DNA of 64,000 nucleotides from Escherichia coli (GTDB lineage: Bacteria; Pseudomonadota; Gammaproteobacteria; Enterobacterales; Enterobacteriaceae), in NCBI RefSeq assembly GCF_013315695.1, contig NZ_CP054353.1, one strand, 5' to 3'. Below are positions 56,265 through 64,000 of this stretch, one piece after another. The notes under the pieces are model-generated. The model had not been told where the DNA came from and made no database searches. It worked only from the letters and a program-made list of their open reading frames with translations. A program made the position numbers and the translations under genes. Numbering within the stretch: the first letter of the stretch is position 1; the number at the start of each line of letters is the position of its first letter.

Positions 56265-57203
56265 TCAGTTAAAAGGTTGTAAGTCGACGCGCGCCATCAT
56301 TGCGGCCAACTGCGGACGATCGGTAATACCCACATTGCTTTGACTTACCGCCAGGGCTGCAACAGCTGTCGCCAGACGCAGTGTGTGTTCACTGGATTCA
56401 CGCATCAGCAAGCCATAAATCAGGCCACCAACCATAGAATCCCCTGCGCCAACGGTGCTTACGACATCGACTGACGGTGGTTTGGCGATCCATTCGCCGG
56501 AGGCATTAACCCAAAGCGCGCCTTCGGCACCCAGTGAAATAACGACATGCGCGATACCCTGTTCACGCAGCGCATGCGCAGCTTCAATCACATCTTTCAT
56601 TTCAGGCAGTTTACGGCCCGCCCAGATTTCCAGCTCGCGGCGGTTAGGTTTCACCAGCCACGGTGCCGCTTTCAAACCTGCTACTAACGCTTCACGGCTA
56701 CTATCAAAGATAATGCAAGGACACTGACTACGCAGGCGAGTCATCCAGTCGGTGAACGCTTCCGGGCTGACGCCTGACGGTAAGCTTCCGCTGACACAGA
56801 CCATATCGAACTGACCGAGCCAGCTCAGAGAATCAGTCACAAAGCGTTCCCAGTCGGCGGGGGTGACTTCAAAACCCGAGAAGTTGAAGTCGGTCACTTC
56901 GCCGTCTTTTTCCGTCAGCTTAACGTTAATTCGGGTGCGCCCCTGTACAACCTGGAAACGGTTGGCAATGCCCAGCTCGCTGAACAGTTGCTGAAAACCA
57001 TCCTGATTGTCTTTACCGAGGAAGCCGCCAACGGTGACATCAATTCCCAGGTCTTTTAATACTTTGGCCACGTTGATGCCTTTACCCGCCGCATGCAGAC
57101 CGGTGGTTTTCACCAGGTTCACTTCGCCGCGTTCAATTTCCGGGCAGAAACCAACAAGGTCATAAGCCGGATTAAGGGTGATAGTAGCAACACGTCTGCT
57201 CAT
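56265..57203 (-). CDS. fruK: 1-phosphofructokinase
   Basis: 312-aa PfkB-family kinase between fruB and fruA. Confidence 0.9.
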   Translation of the reverse strand: MSRRVATITLNPAYDLVGFCPEIERGEVNLVKTTGLHAAGKGINVAKVLKDLGIDVTVGGFLGKDNQDGFQQLFSELGIANRFQVVQGRTRINVKLTEKDGEVTDFNFSGFEVTPADWERFVTDSLSWLGQFDMVCVSGSLPSGVSPEAFTDWMTRLRSQCPCIIFDSSREALVAGLKAAPWLVKPNRRELEIWAGRKLPEMKDVIEAAHALREQGIAHVVISLGAEGALWVNASGEWIAKPPSVDVVSTVGAGDSMVGGLIYGLLMRESSEHTLRLATAVAALAVSQSNVGITDRPQLAAMMARVDLQPFN

Positions 57204-58333
57204 TATGCGCCCTCCCCAAGACCAGCAGCGATAGCGTCGCCAATGGCTTTCAGCGCCTGTTCAGCATCTGCACCCTGGGCGGTAAAGCGTAGGCGATGAC
57301 CTTTCTTAACGCCAAGTGCCACAACTTTCATCAGACTACGTCCGTTTGCCGGTTTGCCGGTGCCATCAAGGTTTGTCACGGTAATATCACTGTTAAATTG
57401 TTTAATGGTATTGACCAGCATGGTACCTGGACGAGCATGCAGGCCGTGTTCATTGCGCACCACAAACTCCGCGCTTAACACGTCGTCGGTCGGCGCATCA
57501 TCGCTGGTCAGCAGTGCCAGCAACGTTGCCGCATCCGCTTTCAGCAAGCGGTCAGCTTTATTATCGAGTAACAAATCAGCGAGACGCTTAAGAACCGCGA
57601 CGGGCTGATCGTCATTCATCGCCACACTCACCAGCATGGCTGCCGTTTCGCCGTCCACATCAAAAGCATTTGCCGCACGGCTTACCGCAATCGCGCTACG
57701 CAGATTGCCTTCGGCGCTATCGCTCAGCCAGATACCCTGTCCGAGGTTCAGCGGTTGTTCATTGATGGCTTTGGTGACGAAAGTGGCGTCAACTGCCCCC
57801 GCCTCTTTCAGACGTGCAGCGTTCAGCGCCTGAAGAGTCAGCAGATCGCTGGCGACGATATCCAGCGTCAGCATTTCGTTGTCGAGCTTCAGCTGCTCAC
57901 TCTGCTTTTCGCCCATCAGCAATGCGCGAAGTTCTTCTGCTGTTGTTGCTGACTTCAGCTGTTCAGCAACGGAATCATCGCTCAGTACGTGGGTCAGCTG
58001 GCGTAGCAGGCCCAGATGTTCATCCGAGCTGGCAGCAATACCGATCGCCACGTACGCTACCTGACCGTCACCCCAGGTGACGCCTTCCGGGAACTGAAAT
58101 ACCTGAACGCCGGTTTTCAGCACCTGATCGCGGGTGTCGGTAGTGCCGTGTGGAATAGCAATACCATTGCCGAGGAACGTTGAGGTTTGCTGTTCGCGCG
58201 CCAGCATGCCATTGACGTAGCCTTCTGCTACATTACCGGCCTGCACCAGCGCCGCAGCGACCTGGCGAATCGCCTCTTCTTTGTCTCCGGCCTTTTCGCC
58301 CGGATGGATGTCCTGTACGGATAACTGGAACAT
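57203..58333 (-). CDS. fruB: Fructose PTS diphosphoryl transfer protein (EIIA-Fru/FPr)
   Basis: 376-aa; N-terminal IIA-Fru domain and C-terminal HPr-like domain. Confidence 0.9.
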   Translation of the reverse strand: MFQLSVQDIHPGEKAGDKEEAIRQVAAALVQAGNVAEGYVNGMLAREQQTSTFLGNGIAIPHGTTDTRDQVLKTGVQVFQFPEGVTWGDGQVAYVAIGIAASSDEHLGLLRQLTHVLSDDSVAEQLKSATTAEELRALLMGEKQSEQLKLDNEMLTLDIVASDLLTLQALNAARLKEAGAVDATFVTKAINEQPLNLGQGIWLSDSAEGNLRSAIAVSRAANAFDVDGETAAMLVSVAMNDDQPVAVLKRLADLLLDNKADRLLKADAATLLALLTSDDAPTDDVLSAEFVVRNEHGLHARPGTMLVNTIKQFNSDITVTNLDGTGKPANGRSLMKVVALGVKKGHRLRFTAQGADAEQALKAIGDAIAAGLGEGA

Positions 58334-58347
58334 AGTTCTCCTCTCTT

Positions 58348-58368
58348 GCTGAATTGAAACGATTCAGC
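58348..58368. promoter_or_regulatory. Cra (FruR) operator-like palindrome
   Basis: GCTGAAT-tgaaac-GATTCAGC just upstream of fruB start. Confidence 0.55.
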
Positions 58369-58419
58369 TTCTATGAGAAAAAAAGCGCCAACCTGGCTTA
58401 GGGTTAAAGACAAGATCGC

Positions 58420-58433
58420 GCTGAAACGTTTCA
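58420..58433. promoter_or_regulatory. Cra (FruR) operator, consensus match
   Basis: GCTGAAACGTTTCA, palindromic Cra consensus, upstream of fruB. Confidence 0.65.
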
Positions 58434-58700
58434 AGAAAGCATAATACTTCTGTTTCAGCACGCAAGGAAAGCCGTAAAGTAATGAGCAAAAGTTTGATGT
58501 GCTGCACAATTTTTTGTCATTTTTCCTAATTGCTGATGGGAAAATCCGTTATCAGCAATTTCATTTCAGCAGCGTCAGCAGCCAATCAGCAACAGTGAAA
58601 TGGCATTTTGATTATTCGTGGCGCTTTTGATTTCGCTGTCTGTTTATTTTCTGACAAGCAGCGTAAACTCCGCGTCTTCCTCTTCCAGTGATCGACCAGC

Positions 58701-59882
58701 ATGCATAACTCCCCCGCAGTCTCCAGCGCGAAATCGTTTGACCTGACCTCGACGGCGTTTTTAATCGTTGCCTTTCTCACCGGTATTGCGGGCGCTCTGC
58801 AAACCCCGACACTCAGTATTTTTCTTACTGATGAAGTACATGCCCGTCCGGCGATGGTGGGATTCTTCTTTACCGGCAGCGCTGTCATTGGGATTCTGGT
58901 CAGTCAGTTTCTCGCCGGGCGCTCTGATAAGCGCGGCGATCGCAAATCGCTGATTGTCTTTTGCTGCCTGTTAGGCGTGCTGGCCTGCACTCTTTTTGCC
59001 TGGAATCGCAACTACTTTGTTTTGCTATTCGTTGGCGTCTTTCTTAGCAGCTTTGGCTCAACTGCTAACCCGCAAATGTTTGCCCTTGCCCGTGAACATG
59101 CCGACAAAACCGGACGTGAGGCGGTGATGTTCAGCTCTTTTTTACGCGCTCAGGTTTCACTGGCATGGGTCATTGGCCCGCCGCTGGCTTATGCCTTAGC
59201 GATGGGTTTCAGCTTTACGGTAATGTATCTGAGCGCAGCGGTAGCGTTTATTGTTTGCGGCGTGATGGTGTGGCTGTTTTTACCGTCGATGCAAAAAGAA
59301 CTTCCACTGGCGACCGGCACGGTTGAAGCGCCGCGCCGTAACCGTCGCGATACGCTGCTGCTGTTTGTCATTTGTACATTGATGTGGGGCTCGAACAGCC
59401 TGTACATCATCAACATGCCGCTATTTATTATCAACGAACTGCATCTTCCCGAGAAACTGGCCGGTGTGATGATGGGGACCGCCGCCGGGCTGGAAATCCC
59501 GACCATGTTGATTGCCGGATATTTCGCCAAACGTCTGGGTAAGCGTTTCTTAATGCGCGTTGCTGCCGTGGGTGGCGTCTGTTTTTACGCAGGAATGCTG
59601 ATGGCGCATTCACCTGCCATTCTGTTGGGCTTGCAGCTGCTAAATGCTATTTTTATTGGCATTCTGGGCGGCATCGGGATGCTTTATTTTCAGGATTTGA
59701 TGCCCGGTCAGGCAGGTTCAGCCACCACGCTCTATACCAACACGTCGCGCGTGGGCTGGATCATCGCAGGATCTGTGGCGGGCATCGTCGCCGAGATCTG
59801 GAATTATCACGCTGTGTTCTGGTTTGCGATGGTGATGATTATCGCCACTCTGTTTTGCTTACTGCGGATTAAAGATGTTTAA
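58701..59882 (+). CDS. setB: Sugar efflux transporter B (MFS)
   Basis: 393-aa 12-TM MFS protein; K-12 synteny. Confidence 0.85.
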
Positions 59883-60133
59883 GGCGCGGTCAGCATTTCC
59901 AGATCGATAAGCCAGGTCATGGCCTGCTGACGCGAGTTACCGCACATTTCAGCGCTGGCTTGTAAGCCTGCACAGACTTTCGGCCGCAGTGGCGAGGTGA
60001 AAATTTTACAGCGTTGCTGTTCATCAAGCTGAATGCAGGGCGTATTGGCGGGCTTGCCATCTGGCATACCGGGAATAGGGCTGGAAATTGAAGGGGCAGT
60101 GCAACACGCCCCGCAACCCGGACGGCATTCCAT
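59879..60133 (-). CDS. yeiW: Cys-rich UPF0153 protein YeiW
   Basis: 84-aa protein beginning [14 protein letters not shown]; ORF track extends upstream. Confidence 0.75.
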
Positions 60134-60287
60134 ACGTTGTTCTCTTAAGGTTAACCACCGGATTGATGAGCGCGCACAGTACCACCTTTTTTGCACCAGC
60201 AAAAGTGCGAATACCACTTGCCCGAAAGGCCCGTCGCGAGTACTTTGTCGCGATATTTTTGACATTTTTGACTACAGGAATTTTTCG

Positions 60288-60860
60288 ATGCCAAGAGCGA
60301 ACGAAATTAAAAAAGGTATGGTACTGAATTACAACGGCAAACTGCTGCTGGTTAAGGACATTGATATTCAGTCGCCCACTGCCCGCGGTGCCGCTACGCT
60401 GTACAAAATGCGTTTTTCTGATGTCCGAACCGGGCTGAAAGTAGAAGAGCGTTTCAAAGGTGATGATATCGTTGACACCGTGACGCTGACCCGCCGTTAC
60501 GTTGACTTCTCCTATGTCGATGGTAACGAATATGTCTTTATGGATAAAGAAGACTATACCCCGTATACCTTCACCAAAGATCAGATTGAAGAAGAGTTGC
60601 TGTTTATGCCAGAGGGCGGGATGCCGGACATGCAGGTGCTGACCTGGGACGGTCAATTGCTGGCGCTTGAGCTGCCGCAGACCGTTGATCTGGAAATCGT
60701 TGAAACCGCACCAGGCATCAAAGGGGCATCTGCCAGCGCCCGTAACAAACCGGCGACATTGAGCACTGGTCTGGTGATTCAGGTACCAGAATACTTAAGC
60801 CCGGGCGAAAAAATTCGTATCCATATCGAAGAACGCCGTTATATGGGTCGTGCTGACTAA
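60288..60860 (+). CDS. yeiP: Elongation factor P-like protein
   Basis: 190-aa EF-P fold paralog; start ATG at 60288 inside a longer track ORF. Confidence 0.85.
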
Positions 60861-60877
60861 CTTCAGCCGCATGCAGA

Positions 60878-60906
60878 AAAGGGATAGCTCAGGCTGTCCC
60901 TTTTTT
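60878..60906 (+). terminator. Rho-independent terminator after yeiP
   Basis: GGGATAGC-tcag-GCTGTCCC hairpin (one mismatch) followed by T6. Confidence 0.55.
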
Positions 60907-61082
60907 AATTTATTATACCAATCTTCTATTTTGCGCTTCCTGAATATAGTTCTCCCGTAATATTCACCAGTTCATTGATCGCCCTCACACTTCATCGCAT
61001 TAACAATCCAGACCAATTTCAATTGTTGTCATATAACTTTACACTGTCATTGTTAATCAATCGTTACTAAGACGTGACTCCT

Positions 61083-62549
61083 ATGAATACAATCGCCTCC
61101 GTTACGCTCCCGCATCATGTACACGCTCCACGCTACGATCGCCAGCAGTTGCAATCACGTATCGTTCATTTTGGCTTTGGAGCCTTTCACCGCGCTCATC
61201 AGGCGTTACTGACCGATCGTGTGCTGAATGCCCAGGGCGGCGACTGGGGGATCTGTGAAATCAGCTTGTTCAGCGGTGATCAACTGATGAGCCAGCTCCG
61301 CGCACAGAACCATTTATATACCGTGCTGGAGAAAGGTGCGGACGGCAATCAGGCGATAATTGTCGGTGCCGTTCACGACTGCCTGAATGCAAAACTGGAT
61401 TCCTTAGCGGCAATTATTGAGAAATTTTGCGAGCCACAGGTGGCAATTGTTTCCCTGACGATTACCGAAAAAGGCTATTGTATTGACCCGGCCACCGGTG
61501 CACTCGACACCAGCAATCCGCGGATTATTCACGATCTTCAAAATCCTGAAGAACCTCACTCCGCGCCGGGTATTCTCGTCGAAGCACTGAAACGACGCCG
61601 TGAACGCGGCCTTGCACCGTTTACCGTACTCTCCTGCGACAATATTCCCGACAATGGCCATGTGGTGAAAAACGCGGTGCTGGGAATGGCAGAAAAACGT
61701 TCACCAGAACTCGCCGGGTGGATAAAAGAACACGTCAGTTTTCCGGGAACCATGGTCGACCGTATTGTTCCGGCAGCAACCGACGAATCACTGGCGGAAA
61801 TCAGCCAGCATCTGGGAGTGAATGATCCCTGCGCGATTAGCTGCGAACCGTTTATCCAGTGGGTGGTGGAAGATAACTTCGTCGCTGGGCGTCCTGCCTG
61901 GGAAGTCGCAGGCGTACAAATGGTGAATGATGTCCTGCCATGGGAAGAGATGAAACTGCGTATGCTTAATGGCAGCCACTCTTTTCTCGCTTATCTGGGT
62001 TACCTCTCAGGATTCGCCCATATCAGTGATTGCATGCAGGATCGCGCATTTCGCCATGCCGCCAGAACATTAATGCTGGATGAGCAAGCGCCGACTCTGC
62101 GAATTAAAGATGTCGATTTAACACAATATGCGGATAAGTTAATTGCACGTTTTGCTAACCCGGCGCTGAAACATAAGACCTGGCAAATCGCGATGGATGG
62201 CAGCCAGAAATTACCGCAACGTATGCTGGCAGGTATTCGCATACATCTGGCGCGCGAAACGGACTGGTCGTTGCTGGCATTAGGCGTTGCAGGCTGGATG
62301 CGTTACGTCAGCGGCGTTGATGATGCCGGAAATGCCATTGATGTTCGCGATCCGCTTAGCGATAAAATTTGCGAACTTGTTGCGGGCAGTAACAGTGAAC
62401 AACGCGTAACCGCCCTGCTTTCTCTGCGTGAAGTTTTCGGTGATGATCTGCCAGATAACCCGCATTTTGTGCAGGCAATCGAACAAGCCTGGCAACAAAT
62501 CGCACAATTCGGCGCGCATCAAGCGCTATTAAACACCCTCAAAATTTAA
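61083..62549 (+). CDS. yeiQ: Mannitol-dehydrogenase-family oxidoreductase YeiQ
   Basis: N-terminal Rossmann fold (VHFGFGAFHRAHQA); K-12 synteny. Confidence 0.85.
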   Translation: MNTIASVTLPHHVHAPRYDRQQLQSRIVHFGFGAFHRAHQALLTDRVLNAQGGDWGICEISLFSGDQLMSQLRAQNHLYTVLEKGADGNQAIIVGAVHDCLNAKLDSLAAIIEKFCEPQVAIVSLTITEKGYCIDPATGALDTSNPRIIHDLQNPEEPHSAPGILVEALKRRRERGLAPFTVLSCDNIPDNGHVVKNAVLGMAEKRSPELAGWIKEHVSFPGTMVDRIVPAATDESLAEISQHLGVNDPCAISCEPFIQWVVEDNFVAGRPAWEVAGVQMVNDVLPWEEMKLRMLNGSHSFLAYLGYLSGFAHISDCMQDRAFRHAARTLMLDEQAPTLRIKDVDLTQYADKLIARFANPALKHKTWQIAMDGSQKLPQRMLAGIRIHLARETDWSLLALGVAGWMRYVSGVDDAGNAIDVRDPLSDKICELVAGSNSEQRVTALLSLREVFGDDLPDNPHFVQAIEQAWQQIAQFGAHQALLNTLKI

Positions 62550-62666
62550 CGATTTCTGCGGTTAAAGCGGATGAAGCTCGCCTTCGTCCGCTCTCCCCTT
62601 CTCTTTTCTGCCTTTTTTAGCCAGGATTAACGCTCAGTTAACTTTTAAGAGTATTGCGGAGCCGTT

Positions 62667-63653
62667 GTGACCAGAACCAACCTCATCACCGGTTTTCTCG
62701 GCAGCGGGAAAACTACGTCGATTCTTCATCTGTTAGCCCATAAAGATCCCAACGAAAAATGGGCGGTACTGGTTAATGAATTTGGGGAAGTCGGAATTGA
62801 TGGTGCTTTGCTCGCCGATAGCGGCGCATTGTTGAAAGAGATCCCCGGCGGCTGTATGTGCTGCGTTAATGGTTTACCCATGCAGGTAGGGTTGAATACC
62901 TTACTGCGTCAGGGAAAACCAGACCGCTTGTTGATAGAGCCGACCGGGCTGGGCCATCCGAAACAGATCCTCGATCTCTTAACCGCGCCCGTGTATGAAC
63001 CGTGGATAGATCTGCGCGCCACGTTGTGCATTCTCGATCCACGCCTGCTGCTGGACGAAAAAAGCGCCAGCAATGAAAATTTCCGTGACCAGCTGGCTGC
63101 CGCAGACATTATTGTCGCCAATAAATCCGACCGTGCGACGCCCGAAAGTGAGCAAGCGCTACAGCGCTGGTGGCAGCAAAATGGTGGCGATCGGCAATTA
63201 ATTCACAGCGAGCATGGAAAAATTGACGGTCATCTTCTGGATTTGCCGCGTCGCAATTTAGCCGAGTTGCCCGCCAGCGCCGCGCATTCTCATCAGCATG
63301 TCGTGAAAAAAGGGTTAGCAGCGTTAAGCCTGCCAGAGCATCAACGCTGGCGTCGCAGTCTGAACAGCGGGCAAGGATATCAGGCCTGCGGCTGGATATT
63401 CGACGCTGATACGGTATTCGACACCATTGGCATTCTGGAATGGGCGCGACTTGCACCGGTAGAACGCGTCAAAGGCGTGCTGCGTATTCCCGAAGGGCTG
63501 GTGCGAATCAACCGTCAGGGCGATGACCTGCACATTGAAACGCAAAACGTTGCGCCACCGGACAGCCGTATTGAGCTGATTTCCAGCAGCGAAGCTGACT
63601 GGAATGCCTTGCAGAGCGCGCTGTTGAAGCTTCGTTTAGCGACTACCGCGTAA
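62667..63653 (+). CDS. yeiR: CobW/COG0523-family metal-chaperone GTPase YeiR
   Basis: P-loop GFLGSGKTT and CxCC motif (GGCMCCV). Confidence 0.85.
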   Translation: MTRTNLITGFLGSGKTTSILHLLAHKDPNEKWAVLVNEFGEVGIDGALLADSGALLKEIPGGCMCCVNGLPMQVGLNTLLRQGKPDRLLIEPTGLGHPKQILDLLTAPVYEPWIDLRATLCILDPRLLLDEKSASNENFRDQLAAADIIVANKSDRATPESEQALQRWWQQNGGDRQLIHSEHGKIDGHLLDLPRRNLAELPASAAHSHQHVVKKGLAALSLPEHQRWRRSLNSGQGYQACGWIFDADTVFDTIGILEWARLAPVERVKGVLRIPEGLVRINRQGDDLHIETQNVAPPDSRIELISSSEADWNALQSALLKLRLATTA

Positions 63654-63691
63654 GGTTGCCTGCGTTTTTCAGTAAGATAATTAGAGAAAAT

Positions 63692-64000
63692 ATGATTAAA
63701 AATTTGCCGCAAATAGTGTTGTTGAATATTGTCGGCCTCGCGCTGTTTCTTTCCTGGTATATTCCCGTTAATCATGGATTCTGGTTGCCGATTGATGCGG
63801 ATATTTTTTATTTCTTTAATCAGAAACTGGTCGAAAGTAAGGCCTTTTTGTGGCTGGTTGCATTGACCAACAATCGCGCCTTCGACGGTTGTTCACTGCT
63901 GGCGATGGGTATGTTGATGCTGAGTTTCTGGCTGAAAGAAAACGCCCCTGGCAGACGACGTATCGTGATTATTGGTCTGGTCATGCTATTAACTGCAGTG
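63692..64000 (+). CDS. lpxT: Lipid A 1-diphosphate synthase LpxT (partial, 3' end beyond window)
   Basis: ORF start MIKNLPQIVLLNIVGLALFLSWY..., PAP2-family membrane protein; truncated by window end. Confidence 0.75.
   Translation, partial: MIKNLPQIVLLNIVGLALFLSWYIPVNHGFWLPIDADIFYFFNQKLVESKAFLWLVALTNNRAFDGCSLLAMGMLMLSFWLKENAPGRRRIVIIGLVMLLTAV

Noticed and set aside
55562-56272. Long antisense ORFs inside fruA/fruK/fruB (e.g. 236-aa plus-strand ORF)
   Set aside because: Lie opposite well-recognised genes in a GC-rich region, with low-complexity translations and no RBS; typical antisense artefacts.

Overview
The window is Escherichia coli chromosome in three blocks. (1) Positions 1-8720 are the integrase-proximal part of an integrated phage-satellite-like island that runs off the left edge: tyrosine integrase, AlpA/Vis-like regulator, a divergent RHH-protein switch, a P4-alpha-like primase-helicase with an adjacent 9-bp iteron origin, an SSB, a PerC-like regulator, and a lambda gpE-family major capsid gene behind a palindrome-rich promoter. 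It also carries a low-GC pair of small genes of unknown function translationally coupled to the primase, which is the best candidate for an undescribed system. (2) Core genes cspD-macB-macA-ybjX-ybjD-aqpZ follow, in reverse K-12 orientation. (3) An IS110-family insertion sequence then abuts dusC directly, followed by an mhbRTDHIM-type 3-hydroxybenzoate/gentisate island and the K-12 yohJ-to-lpxT region. Other notable points: the aqpZ|dusC junction implies a large rearrangement at the IS; cirA carries an in-frame amber codon; an IS1 with a 9-bp target duplication sits 22 bp upstream of rihB. All homology calls are from reading the translations and from memory of family features and K-12 gene order; no searches were run.
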